A stretch of DNA of 64,000 nucleotides, taken from positions 192,001 to 256,000 of the forward strand of contig OY970393.1 of assembly GCA_963720465.1 (NCBI GenBank), written 5' to 3'. Positions 19,629 through 29,652 of this stretch are shown piece by piece (position 1 is the first letter of the stretch; each line of letters opens with the position of its first letter). Source of the DNA: Methanobacteriota archaeon. GTDB taxonomy: Archaea; Halobacteriota; Bog-38; Methanoflorentales; Methanoflorentaceae. The position numbers were made by a program, and so were the translations under genes. Under the pieces are notes generated by a model. That model searched no databases, was not told the origin of the DNA, and saw only the letters and a program-made list of their open reading frames with translations.

Positions 19629-20342
19629 TCAGACAATAGGCGCAGCTGATTCTGAGAGTATAGCTCCGTCTTTCATGCTGATCAATCGATCCGCGGTCTT
19701 TGCAACGGACGGATCGTGCGTAACGATAACGAATGTTTGCCGGTTAGCTTTATTTAGCCTTTTTAGAAGCGCTGTGATCTGGTTTGCACCTGCTGAGTCT
19801 AAGTTTCCTGTCGGCTCATCTGCCCAGATGATTGCAGGCCTGCTTATAAGCGCCCGGGCGACCGCCACTTGCTGCTGTTGTCCCCCGCTGAGTTCGAAGG
19901 GTTTGTGATGTGCCCACTCTTGGAGATCAACGCTTGATAGCATGCTTAAGGCCCGCGAGCGCGCCTCTTTCTCATTAATGCCGGCTACAAGCAGCGGCAA
20001 CTCAACATTCTCTAGGGCAGTCAAGACGGGCAGCAGATTGAACGATTGAAAGATAAATCCCATCCTCGTCGCGCGATATTCTGACAATTCATTGTCGTTC
20101 ATTTGTGCGAGCGGTATCCCTTCGATTTTGACTATTCCCGATGTTGGTTCGTCGAGCCCTGAAAGACAGTTAAGGAGCGTGGTCTTACCGCAGCCGCTTG
20201 GGCCCATAATTACTACCATATCTCCTTTTTCGATTAGAAGGTTCACGTCTTTAAGCGCGTGGACTTTCAAGCCGTTCAGTTCGTATATTTTGTGCACGCG
20301 GTGCGCTTCGACCATCAACATGATACGCTCTGTTATGTTCAC
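19629..20342 (-). CDS. ABC transporter ATP-binding protein (LolD/MacB type)
   Basis: GPSGCGKTT, GFIFQSFNL, LSGGQ, ADEPTGNLD, VTHD. Confidence 0.95.
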   Translation of the reverse strand: MNITERIMLMVEAHRVHKIYELNGLKVHALKDVNLLIEKGDMVVIMGPSGCGKTTLLNCLSGLDEPTSGIVKIEGIPLAQMNDNELSEYRATRMGFIFQSFNLLPVLTALENVELPLLVAGINEKEARSRALSMLSSVDLQEWAHHKPFELSGGQQQQVAVARALISRPAIIWADEPTGNLDSAGANQITALLKRLNKANRQTFVIVTHDPSVAKTADRLISMKDGAILSESAAPIV

Positions 20343-20545
20343 TGACCACGTTGCGAATGGTGTAGCCGAAATTTAGGCGCAGACGCGGCCTAATGCGCCA
20401 CGTGCTCACAACGGCCGGAGCAATCCAATTCGTACTTACTTGAACGAACGCTTTATTTAGAGCTGCCGGCAAGCGGCTGAAACGTATAAATATAATCGCA
20501 TTATACCCGAAGTACGTATCGGGAACAATTACACAAGGTTACACG

Positions 20546-21139
20546 ATGAAAAACGCAAAGAACCTCTATGTGCCGTTCACTGACGAGCGTTGGCGCAACT
20601 GGATAGACTGCGCAAGGCAAAGTGACTACAAGAACATGCACGAGACAGCCACGACAGTATTCGTTGAAATGGAAGAAGACGTAATAATTGCGTGCTGGAA
20701 GGTTGTTAGAGGTTTCGAAATTGGCAAGCTCACGCGTGAAGAATCTTTGGATGGCTTACAAAACATTGAGGCGATAATCAGGGAAAAAGCTGACACAGGT
20801 GACGTGGAGCTTGACGACTTAATAGGATTGATCCAATCTTCTCTTGTTGGCGCTTTTGCATCGTTTGAGAGCTATATGAAAGCGTCTTTCGCAGATAAGG
20901 CTTCTATGGACGAATTAATACGAGAGGCGCTGGGTCAAGAGAAAAAAGGACACTTTGATCTAGCCTTAGCGATAGTCGGAAAAGTCGGCGCGCGAGTTAT
21001 CGCAGGCGAGCCGCTGCGTCAAGAAACTATTGCTGAATTGGAAGACAGCTATGTGGCCGAGTGGCTTGATGGAGTTGACTCGATATCTGCTGCCATCGCC
21101 AGTTCCATAGAATACGATAGCGGCGAGGGAGCGACTTAG
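20546..21139 (+). CDS. DUF2150-like conserved euryarchaeal protein
   Basis: FTDERWRNW, MEEDVIIAC.KV, GARVIAG, AEWLDGVDS. Confidence 0.7.
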   Translation: MKNAKNLYVPFTDERWRNWIDCARQSDYKNMHETATTVFVEMEEDVIIACWKVVRGFEIGKLTREESLDGLQNIEAIIREKADTGDVELDDLIGLIQSSLVGAFASFESYMKASFADKASMDELIREALGQEKKGHFDLALAIVGKVGARVIAGEPLRQETIAELEDSYVAEWLDGVDSISAAIASSIEYDSGEGAT

Positions 21140-21158
21140 AAGCCTTGCACGCGACTGT

Positions 21159-22322
21159 TCAACCTCCGACGGGACGGCGCATCTGTACCACAGCATTGAG
21201 GAGGAGTTCGGTTTTGTGGGCGATTACGTGCCAGTCCCAGTAGCGGGAGATTAGAGAGTTAGCGCGCTTTCGAAGCGAAGCGCTTGCTTCACCAGAAAGT
21301 TGCAGAAGTTCAATCACAGCGGATTTTACCGCTTCGCTATCGCCCACGGGAAAGAATTTTATGATGTCAGAGCCGTGGTCAATGAATCGATGTGGGGCTA
21401 TGTCGCTCGCTGCCACCAAGCAACCTGATGCGAGGCCTTCCAGAAGTGTTATCCCAAATCCTTCTGCTGAAGATGCAGATAAAAGAATTTTTGATTTTGA
21501 AAGCAACTCCTTTTTTCTCCCTTCGCTAACGCTACCAGCGAACTGAATGTTCTTGCTCGCCCAGCGACGTTCAATAGTGGGTCTAAGTTTTCCATCGCCA
21601 ACTATGACCGTTTGAACCTCCGTGTCGAATAGCGCCTCACAAACTATGTCTATGTTCTTATAGGGCGCGTCGAAGCGTGCTATACAAATGACATCAATTT
21701 CCTTCGTGTTCTGCGTAAATTCTTTTAGGTAAACGCCGTTGCCAGTGACTCTAATCTTGTGTCGGGGGATCCAATATTTCAATATTTCAAAAGTGGGGTC
21801 TGAAACGGTTATTGTGATCGGGCAGGTCGAGGCGTAACGAAGACAGGCGCGTTCTAGCAAACAAGCTTGTACCCCCTTTAGCGTGTCGCCTCCTTTCAGA
21901 TCACGCCACGCGGCGATGCCGTTGGCCAACGGCAAAGGCTGATACACGTCGTGTACGATCGGCACGACCGGCACCTTTGTGCGACTGAGAGATGCTGAGA
22001 AGACAGGTATGAGTGTTTGCGGAACAATAATGTCGAACTTGTTGCTGATACGCTTTAACTCTCGCGACAGGCGTACTGCGTATCGCAGATCCGCTGAGCC
22101 TTGACCCGCAGTTTTGCGGTTGTATACCGTGTATACGCGGAACGGAAATCGGTCTTCCGGATAAGTGGTTGTCGGCACGTGTGACGTCAGCACGGCCACG
22201 TTATTCCTACCAGAAAGCTCGCGGCCTAAGGCATACATGTGGTTTTCCCCTCCCCCCGGCATTTGCAATTCTCCGGCGGCGTCGCAAAAAGGAAAAAACT
22301 CACTTACAAGCAATATGTTCAC
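21159..22322 (-). CDS. Glycosyltransferase family 4
   Basis: GGGE, NGV, VGDG.LR, EGFGITLLEGLASG..V.ASDI; start GTG 22322 after GAGG. Confidence 0.9.
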   Translation of the reverse strand: MNILLVSEFFPFCDAAGELQMPGGGENHMYALGRELSGRNNVAVLTSHVPTTTYPEDRFPFRVYTVYNRKTAGQGSADLRYAVRLSRELKRISNKFDIIVPQTLIPVFSASLSRTKVPVVPIVHDVYQPLPLANGIAAWRDLKGGDTLKGVQACLLERACLRYASTCPITITVSDPTFEILKYWIPRHKIRVTGNGVYLKEFTQNTKEIDVICIARFDAPYKNIDIVCEALFDTEVQTVIVGDGKLRPTIERRWASKNIQFAGSVSEGRKKELLSKSKILLSASSAEGFGITLLEGLASGCLVAASDIAPHRFIDHGSDIIKFFPVGDSEAVKSAVIELLQLSGEASASLRKRANSLISRYWDWHVIAHKTELLLNAVVQMRRPVGG

Positions 22323-22447
22323 GGTATGGCCTCTTTTTTTGCTTAATTTCAGCTTCGCAATACGCGGTTGCTCATACAATGGTGCCCGCTGTAATAATGT
22401 TTTTGAAATCGCCGGTGTTTGGCGTGTCGTGGCAACTCAGTTTTCGC

Positions 22448-23527
22448 TTACGTCAGCGACTCATACAACTTTCGAAGTTCTGCACTTAAGAGATCCCAGT
22501 CAAAGAAAGCTGCGCCAGCTTTTGCAGCCCGCTGCATACGCTCTTTATCGACTTCAAGCAGCGCTGCTCGGAGCTGATCTTCGGTGAGATCAACGACAAA
22601 TCCGTTCTGTCCGTGAGTGACGAGCTCTCTTGCCGCATTTTTTCGAACATTGCTCGTAATGACGGGCGTACCACAAGCTAGCGCCTCGAGGGCAACGATG
22701 CCAAAGCCTTCACGGTTGGAAGGCAAAACTAACGAATTTGCGGCTTTCATCACGCCTATAAGGTCTTCGTAAGGCAATTCCGAACGGAAACGCACGTTAG
22801 TGCTGAGTTCTTTCGAGAGTTGAACGAGTTTTGCTTTTTCAGGACCATCGCCGATTATGCAGAGCGTTTTGCTTGGAGGCATCGCCCGTACCAGCAATTC
22901 GACGTTTTTTTCGGGAATCAGCCTTCCCACAAATAGCGCATCGACTGAGATTTCAGCCGGTGCGATCGAATCGATCAAGGAGGTATCGACCCCATTCGGC
23001 ACGAGTGATACGCTTTTTCTGAACTGCGCGATGAGTTCTTTCGTGGTCACAGAGACAGCGATCACCTCGTCAGCTATCCCAAGGGTTGCTCTCTCTGTCA
23101 GTTTGCCAAAGAATCCGAGCTTGCCCAAGTACTCGTACCAGTCATCGCCCCAAAACTCGTGCCACGTAATGACTAGCGGGATACGTTTCAGTTGCGAAAT
23201 TAGCCTCGACGGAAAGCAGTGCAAGTACGGAAATTGATTGCAGTCAATAATATCGAGGTCTTGCTTAAAAATGGAGCCCAAACTGCCTGCAAATCTCGCT
23301 GCTTCTCGAAAAGACCGGCGCCCTCCTGCATAAAGGCTGAGCGGTTTGCAAATACCGTGGATGTGAATCCCGCCCAACTCGATATCGCTCTTCCCTTCCC
23401 ACCACTTCACGCTAAAGATGTGCACCTCGTCACTTATGGCAAGACGCTTTGCCATTTCGTAGATACGCTTCTCAGCTCCGCCTTTCACGAAAGGATAAAC
23501 TACATCTGAAATATAGCCAATGTTCAT
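22448..23527 (-). CDS. Glycosyltransferase family 4
   Basis: YP...GGAE.R, FVGRLIPEK, IGDGP, REGFGIVALEALACGTPVI. Confidence 0.93.
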   Translation of the reverse strand: MNIGYISDVVYPFVKGGAEKRIYEMAKRLAISDEVHIFSVKWWEGKSDIELGGIHIHGICKPLSLYAGGRRSFREAARFAGSLGSIFKQDLDIIDCNQFPYLHCFPSRLISQLKRIPLVITWHEFWGDDWYEYLGKLGFFGKLTERATLGIADEVIAVSVTTKELIAQFRKSVSLVPNGVDTSLIDSIAPAEISVDALFVGRLIPEKNVELLVRAMPPSKTLCIIGDGPEKAKLVQLSKELSTNVRFRSELPYEDLIGVMKAANSLVLPSNREGFGIVALEALACGTPVITSNVRKNAARELVTHGQNGFVVDLTEDQLRAALLEVDKERMQRAAKAGAAFFDWDLLSAELRKLYESLT

Positions 23528-23535
23528 TTTGGTAG

Positions 23536-24414
23536 TTATCGTCGTCGCAGGTTCGTTAGTACGATATCCGCTAGCAAACCGAAAAGCGTTATCTGCAAGC
23601 CGGTCAAAATGAGGAAGACGGAGAGAACCGCACCTGCCAAGCGCGTCACGATGCCGGTTGTGGTGTATTCGATAAGTATCGTTGTGCCATAGCCCAGGCC
23701 TATGAGTATAAGCGCGAGACCAATGGGCAAAAAAATAACGATTGGATTGTAGTCCCTGACGAGGCGAACTGTGGTAAACAAGATGCTAAATGCATCCCTG
23801 TACGGATACAGCTTAGCACGGCCCACTCTGTTCCGATACCTTATGGGAACCTCTGTAATGGCGAGGTCCTCTTTTTGTGCCTCGATGATCATTTCGCTCG
23901 CGAACGGCATGTTAGGCGATTCAAGTGTTAAACGATCGAGTGCGGAGCGTCGTATGGCGCGCATTCCTGATTGAGAATCGGTTATGCGTACGTGATACAG
24001 AACTCGTATGAGGGCGGTTAGCAGTCTGTTGCCGAGCGCGTTTCTCCTACTCATCGCTCCTTTGTCCATAAGAGCAAATCGAGCACCTATTACAAAGTCA
24101 GCGCCGTCGTTGATAGCCTCAAGCAACTTCGGAATGTCGTACGGATCGTAAGTATAGTCGCCATCAAGAATGACGACTGTCTCCGTGTCTTCGGATATGT
24201 GTTGAAATCCTGTAATGTACGCATCTCCATACCCTGTTCCGGTCTGATGGATTACCTTTGCTCCGAGCTCTGCCGCACGCATGGCTGTCTCATCTTTTGA
24301 CTTGTCGACCACGATTACTTCCACGCTGTGCTGTTGCAGCGCGTCAAGGACGTCGTGAAGAACGTCAGCAATGGCTGGCTCATTCATCGTCGGAATAATT
24401 ACAGATATCTTCAT
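23536..24414 (-). CDS. Glycosyltransferase family 2 (dolichol-phosphate glycosyltransferase-like) with 2 C-terminal TM helices
   Basis: ISVIIPTMNE, VVD.S.D.T, GYG.A, DGD.TY, DSQSGMRA. Confidence 0.92.
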   Translation of the reverse strand: MKISVIIPTMNEPAIADVLHDVLDALQQHSVEVIVVDKSKDETAMRAAELGAKVIHQTGTGYGDAYITGFQHISEDTETVVILDGDYTYDPYDIPKLLEAINDGADFVIGARFALMDKGAMSRRNALGNRLLTALIRVLYHVRITDSQSGMRAIRRSALDRLTLESPNMPFASEMIIEAQKEDLAITEVPIRYRNRVGRAKLYPYRDAFSILFTTVRLVRDYNPIVIFLPIGLALILIGLGYGTTILIEYTTTGIVTRLAGAVLSVFLILTGLQITLFGLLADIVLTNLRRR

Positions 24415-24629
24415 AGGCTGCTACAGAACGGAGGCGCTCTACGCTCGATTTTATTCTATAATCTTAGCGTCAAAAGGTATAGTTATCTATTCGCATGTAG
24501 TTAATTCTCATTGGGTTCGACGACGTTTCATCGATCACACTGCAAGCAGCTGAAGTTGGAGAGGGTCGAAACGATTCACGCGAATTTGTACTTGCCTCGC
24601 GCACGGCATACGGGCTTTGAGCAAGAGCA

Positions 24630-25853
24630 ATGACCTCGGTTTATCTAGAAACCTATGGTTGCACGTTAAACCAAAGCGAAAGCGAGGAGTTGACGCTTAA
24701 GCTAAAAGGCCACAGGGTGGTCGAATCGACCGAGGATGCTCAGGTACTCGTTCTAAACACGTGCATGGTTATCGGGAGGACCGAAAAAAAGATCCTAAGG
24801 CGGATCGACATTCTGTATCATCAGTTGGGGGAGCGGACGCTCATTATCACAGGCTGCATGGCGGGGCCATTTGGCGATCGGCTCCACGCGTCGTATCCAG
24901 AATTGAAAACCATGCGGATCAGCGGCGTGGCGTCTTACATAGACGCTCATTTCTCGCGCAGTGCCACCTATGAACCAAGACCCAACATCACAGCCAAAGT
25001 AAAGATCGCTCAAGGATGTGAGGGAAGCTGTAGCTACTGCATCGTGAAGCGCATTAGAGGTCCCGTGAAGAGTCGAAGCATCGAAGCCATTACCAGAGAT
25101 GTGGAGTGGAGGGTTCAAAATGGTGCGAGACAAATATTCCTGACTGCGCAAGACGGCGGAGCGTACGGGTTAGATCGGGGCTACCGGTTACCCGACCTTG
25201 TTAAAGCGCTATGCGACATTGAATACGACTTCAAGCTCCGCGTCGGGATGATGAACGTGTCCTCAATTCTCGATATCGCAGAGGATCTGTTGAAAGCGTT
25301 TGACCATCCTCGGATATACAAATTCGTTCATTTGCCGGTGCAGTCGGGTTCTGATCGGATTTTGGAGTTAATGGAGCGAGGTCATACGGTGTCCGACTTT
25401 AAGCGTATTGTCTCGAGCTTCCGTCACGAATTTAGAGACGTCACTGTATCGACTGACTTCATTGTAGGCTTCCCGACTGAAACGGCTGAGGATTTTAGGG
25501 CCACGTTGGACCTACTGCGAGAGGTTACCCCGCTCAAAGTGAACATCACACGTTTTTCGCGAAGGGAGGGCACTAAGGCATTTTTCTTGAGACCTGTGAA
25601 CGGCGGAGTGCAGAAAGGCCGATCGCGAATGCTGACTGCGGAGCACCATCGCGTTGCCCGCCAGCGAAACTGTGAGTGCATCGGAGAGGGCTACATGGCG
25701 CTAGCAGTAGAAAGGGGCAAGAAGGGAAGCACCGTCTTATACAACGACAACTATAGGCCGATAGTTGTGCTGCGCGAACTGCCTCTTGGCCGCTTCTATG
25801 CGGTGCGCATCACTGGAGTCACCTCGACGTATTTAATAGGCAGCCTTAATTGA
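24630..25853 (+). CDS. tRNA methylthiotransferase (archaeal MtaB/CDKAL1-type radical SAM)
   Basis: ETYGCTLN, NTC, TGC, CxxxCxxC (CEGSCSYC), RVGMMN, HLPVQSGS, IVGFPTET, TRAM-like C-terminus. Confidence 0.9.
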   Translation: MTSVYLETYGCTLNQSESEELTLKLKGHRVVESTEDAQVLVLNTCMVIGRTEKKILRRIDILYHQLGERTLIITGCMAGPFGDRLHASYPELKTMRISGVASYIDAHFSRSATYEPRPNITAKVKIAQGCEGSCSYCIVKRIRGPVKSRSIEAITRDVEWRVQNGARQIFLTAQDGGAYGLDRGYRLPDLVKALCDIEYDFKLRVGMMNVSSILDIAEDLLKAFDHPRIYKFVHLPVQSGSDRILELMERGHTVSDFKRIVSSFRHEFRDVTVSTDFIVGFPTETAEDFRATLDLLREVTPLKVNITRFSRREGTKAFFLRPVNGGVQKGRSRMLTAEHHRVARQRNCECIGEGYMALAVERGKKGSTVLYNDNYRPIVVLRELPLGRFYAVRITGVTSTYLIGSLN

Positions 25854-25941
25854 TTCGTTTTGAAAAATAAGCTCGCTTCCAAGTTATTTTTCGCAAAAGA
25901 AGCAATAGGATTTTATACCATAAGGTAATGTATGGTGTGAT

Positions 25942-26100
25942 ATGCAACGGCCGCGATACCAACTTAGAATTGATTGGATTACGCTTGCCTTAGTCTTCAT
26001 CATATCGTTGATTTTGTACGAGATCCCGTACCTTCACGATCTCCTAATCATAGCAGCTATAACTGTGATCTTGTACACGTTCGTCAAAAGTTTATACTAG
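25942..26100 (+). CDS. Small membrane protein, 52 aa (below the ORF-track length cutoff)
   Basis: MQRPRYQLRIDWITLALVFIISLILYEIPYLHDLLIIAAITVILYTFVKSLY; two hydrophobic segments; TTTTATA about 25 nt upstream. Confidence 0.6.
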   Translation: MQRPRYQLRIDWITLALVFIISLILYEIPYLHDLLIIAAITVILYTFVKSLY

Positions 26101-26240
26101 CCAAAGGCCTTCTTTGAGGCGAACACACTTGTATTACGGGTTTTTTTAGCTTTAAAGACCGCGTGAGCCGTGAAGGCAGCACCGGTCCCCATTGCAGAAC
26201 CACCATGCGACCGTGATTTGAGAACTGAGGACTGCTACAT

Positions 26241-28055
26241 ATGCGACTTCTGTTAATGCACGTCGACTACATCGAGTACGAGGTCACAAAGGCAAGCAAG
26301 TACGCTGAAGAAATCGAAGATTCACGCAAACACGCGCGGATGGAGGAAGCTTTAGTCGCCTTTGTCGCTGCAGAACGCGGTGACGAGACCAGTATTGACG
26401 ATGTGGCAACCGAAGCGGCGACTGCGATAGGCGATGTTGCGACTAAGGTAGCCACGAAGAGGGTGATGATCTATCCCTACGCACATTTGAGTTCCGAGTT
26501 GGCGTCACCCGAGACTGCTTTGAACATCCTGCAGAAGATTGAATCTCTGCTCGTCGCCTGTGAAGTGCTGAGAGCGCCATTCGCATGGTATAAATCGTTC
26601 AGTTTGAAGTGCAAGGGTCATCCTCTTGCTGAGTTATCCAGATCTATCCATCCAGAGGCAAAACCGCAGAAGAAGAAAGTCGAAAGAGAATTTTACGTCC
26701 TTGATCCTGACGGAATGATAACTCCGGCGACTGCGTTTCACTCGACGGACGCTGAATTTACAGACATTATTAGTTACGAATTGGGACAACACGCCCTCCA
26801 CACCACGGAAGCGGAGCTGCCGCATATTAAGCTAATGAAAGAGAAGGAGCTCGTCGAGTACGAGCCGCTGTCAGACGTCGGACACCTCAAGTGGTTGCCG
26901 AAAGGCAAGCTAGTACGCGATCTCCTGATCGACTATTCGTATCTGCTGGCGGTGAATTACGGCGCTATGCCGGTCGAGACGCCGGTTATGTATGACCTTT
27001 CGAGCAGAGCGGTGAGTGAACACGCAAGTAAGTTTGGTGAGCGACAATATCGGCTGAAAGCGGGCGCCCGCGATATGATGCTCAGATTCGCCGCCTGCTT
27101 CGGCATGTTTAGCATGATGCACCAGATGCATTTGACTGAAAAAGACCTGCCGCTGAAACTGTACGAGCTTTCGACTTATTCTTTCAGGTATGAGCAGCGA
27201 GGCGAAGTGACTGGCCTCAAGCGTCAACGGGCGTTCACGATGCCTGACATGCACACCGCTTGCCGAGAGATGAGCGAAGCCAAGCGTTTTTTCATCGAGC
27301 AGCTGAGACTCGGGTTCAAATCGGGTTTGGATCTCGACGTGAAATATCAGGCGATATTTCGGAGCACGAGGGCATTTTATGATGACAACAAAAAGTGGGT
27401 AGAGCAGATCGCTCGCGAGTTTAAGCGCCCCTTCTTGGTAGAACTCTTGTCAGAACGCGTTCATTACTGGGTCTGCAAGTGCGATCTCGCGGCTTTAGAT
27501 ACTTCGCGGAAACCAATCGAATGTCCGACCGTTCAAATTGACGTGGAGAGCGCAGAGCGGTTTGATATCAAGTACTATACCGAAGCGGGAGAACGCTGGC
27601 CCATTATCCTGCATACGTCGCCGACGGGTGGCATAGAGCGCGTGCTTTGCGCGATCCTCGAGGCGCAGGCGTTCGAGAGAGTCCCGGCCCTTCCCGTATG
27701 GCTCGCCCCGACGCAGGTGAGGGTCGTTCCTGTCTCCGAAAAGCATCTTCAATACGCGCGAGAGATCGCAAGCGAGGTCAGAAATGCGAAAATACGCGTT
27801 GACATCGACGACCGCGATGAGTCAGTCAGCAAGAAAGTCGCCTCTGCCGGGAGAGAATGGGTGCCCTATGTCGTTGTCATCGGGGAAAAAGAGGAACAGA
27901 GGAAAAGCCTCGCCGTGACGGTACGCTTTTCGGGGCAAAAAGAATCGATGACTACTAATACGCTGATAGATCACGTGCGCCAAAAAATCGAGCAAATGCC
28001 TTATCGACCACCAACATTACCCGAAATGCTCTCGCAGCGACCAAAATTCGTGTGA
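26241..28055 (+). CDS. thrS: Threonine--tRNA ligase, archaeal type
   Basis: N-terminal editing domain (YPYAHLSS, CKGHPLAELS), LRFAACFG, FRYEQ.GE..GLKR.RAFTMPDMH, SPTGGIER. Confidence 0.97.
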   Translation: MRLLLMHVDYIEYEVTKASKYAEEIEDSRKHARMEEALVAFVAAERGDETSIDDVATEAATAIGDVATKVATKRVMIYPYAHLSSELASPETALNILQKIESLLVACEVLRAPFAWYKSFSLKCKGHPLAELSRSIHPEAKPQKKKVEREFYVLDPDGMITPATAFHSTDAEFTDIISYELGQHALHTTEAELPHIKLMKEKELVEYEPLSDVGHLKWLPKGKLVRDLLIDYSYLLAVNYGAMPVETPVMYDLSSRAVSEHASKFGERQYRLKAGARDMMLRFAACFGMFSMMHQMHLTEKDLPLKLYELSTYSFRYEQRGEVTGLKRQRAFTMPDMHTACREMSEAKRFFIEQLRLGFKSGLDLDVKYQAIFRSTRAFYDDNKKWVEQIAREFKRPFLVELLSERVHYWVCKCDLAALDTSRKPIECPTVQIDVESAERFDIKYYTEAGERWPIILHTSPTGGIERVLCAILEAQAFERVPALPVWLAPTQVRVVPVSEKHLQYAREIASEVRNAKIRVDIDDRDESVSKKVASAGREWVPYVVVIGEKEEQRKSLAVTVRFSGQKESMTTNTLIDHVRQKIEQMPYRPPTLPEMLSQRPKFV

Positions 28056-28126
28056 ACGAACGCGAGATTTGTTCATCCTTTTCAAGCGGAAAGTCAATTC
28101 GTCCTTGTATTTAACAGAGCCAGACC

Positions 28127-29587
28127 TCAGAATGTATCATCCTGTGCATAGCTCCTGCCCAGCTCGAGAGCGATTTCTGCCTTTTTCAACTCGCGTCCAA
28201 GATACGCTGCATGGGAGGCTGTGGATACGAGCTCAAGCTCAAGAATAGCATCAAGTATACGTTTCGCGGAAATGCCTCGTACGGCGGTTCCCGTGTCGTG
28301 CCTCGCAACGATCATCCCTTCTTTGACACCGATCACGAAATTGCCAGATGGGTCAGGCGCCCACTTCGCTGTGTCAAAATCCTTTGCGTCGAGGACGTTC
28401 TTGCTGGTGATTTGATACTCGGGTCGCCGCCTGCGCTCTTTCAATACGAGAAGATCAATGCCTAGATCTTTGGGTGGACTTTTTCGGTGCTGCGCGAGCT
28501 GCATCATCTGAGCTGCTGTCTTCAGCTCCTTAACGCTGCCCTTTGCTTTGTCACTGTGCTCAGGAGTGAAGAGCACGCCAACACCGAGCTCCATTGCCAG
28601 ACCGGCAAGCAGAGCGTTAGCTCCTATCGAATCTGCTTCCATAAGCTCAACGATATTGCCGACGCCGAGGAACAGTGGGACGTTGCTGACCGATCTGACG
28701 TGGAGGTACTCTGCGAGCGAGTTGGAGGCGCCACTGCCTATCGGGTACAACACGGGATCGGCGATGATTTTGCTGATGCCAAAAGTGCGCGCGAGGGCCA
28801 CGGCAGAGCAAACGTCGCCGTTTTCGGGCAACACCACAACTGCAAGGTCTTTTCTTGCGACTGTGGGCCCTATCTCAGCGGCGTTTTCTGCCGTAAATGA
28901 GAGAACGAGGTCAGCGCCTGACTCTATTCCAGTGCATATGAGCTCTGGATCGAGACTATCGATGCTGAGGGGGACATTGTACTCACCGGTTACCGCGCTG
29001 ACCTCCGCAAAAGTGCGGCTCACCTCGCGCTTCGCGGTCCCAAGAGGTATGCCGACGTCGATGATGTCCGCCCCGTTGCGTACATGCTGCAAAGCAATGC
29101 GCTTGGCATCTGCAACTGGGGCGTCGATTATCTCTCCAAGGACCTTCATTCGAGAGTTTCCTCCGATTTTGAGGTCTCGAATTTTGAAATCATAGGCTGC
29201 AGAGCTTTCTAGCTGCGCCAATAGGTTCAAGGCGTCACTTCTGCGCTTTTCGCGAATGATGCGGTCAGCTGGCTCATTGAGTGAAAGTAGGGATTGATCG
29301 AGGGAGTTAAGCACCAAGCCGAGGTCATAGGCCTGTTTTGGGCCCAGAGCAATTTTCACGCTCAGCTCATTACCGAGCGCCCCAAAGTCAGCGGGATTCG
29401 CAGCGCCGGGAATCAAGATCACATCGTGCTTGTGACTCTGCCGTCTCGCGAACTCGACATACGCTTCCCTTAAGAGGGAAGGCGTCATCAGCGCCGCAAT
29501 GTCTACATCTAGAACCAACACATCTGCGCCTGCGCCTACAGCCTCTTTAACGACGTGTTCGGCGCAGCGACCGGTCGCCACAAGCAC
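28127..29587 (-). CDS. Dihydropteroate synthase-like protein (archaeal MJ0107-type, C-terminal DUF4346-like)
   Basis: GADIIDVG, PLSIDSL, IIADPVL, GVGNIVEL..ADS.G.N, PKDLGIDLL..KE, DP.G.F.I, HAAYLGREL.KAE. Confidence 0.85.
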   Translation of the reverse strand: MLVATGRCAEHVVKEAVGAGADVLVLDVDIAALMTPSLLREAYVEFARRQSHKHDVILIPGAANPADFGALGNELSVKIALGPKQAYDLGLVLNSLDQSLLSLNEPADRIIREKRRSDALNLLAQLESSAAYDFKIRDLKIGGNSRMKVLGEIIDAPVADAKRIALQHVRNGADIIDVGIPLGTAKREVSRTFAEVSAVTGEYNVPLSIDSLDPELICTGIESGADLVLSFTAENAAEIGPTVARKDLAVVVLPENGDVCSAVALARTFGISKIIADPVLYPIGSGASNSLAEYLHVRSVSNVPLFLGVGNIVELMEADSIGANALLAGLAMELGVGVLFTPEHSDKAKGSVKELKTAAQMMQLAQHRKSPPKDLGIDLLVLKERRRRPEYQITSKNVLDAKDFDTAKWAPDPSGNFVIGVKEGMIVARHDTGTAVRGISAKRILDAILELELVSTASHAAYLGRELKKAEIALELGRSYAQDDTF

Positions 29588-29652
29588 TCGTGCGATAGAT
29601 TTCCACCACTAACTACATACTCTTAATATGTTATATCAGAATTACTGATGAT

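Noticed and set aside
26101-26240. Possible structured leader upstream of thrS
   Set aside because: No T-box, riboswitch or convincing stem pattern recognised by eye.
28548-29195. 215-aa antisense ORF opposite the DHPS-like gene (and many similar Ser/Pro/Thr-rich shadows in the track)
   Set aside because: Antisense shadow with no recognisable domain.
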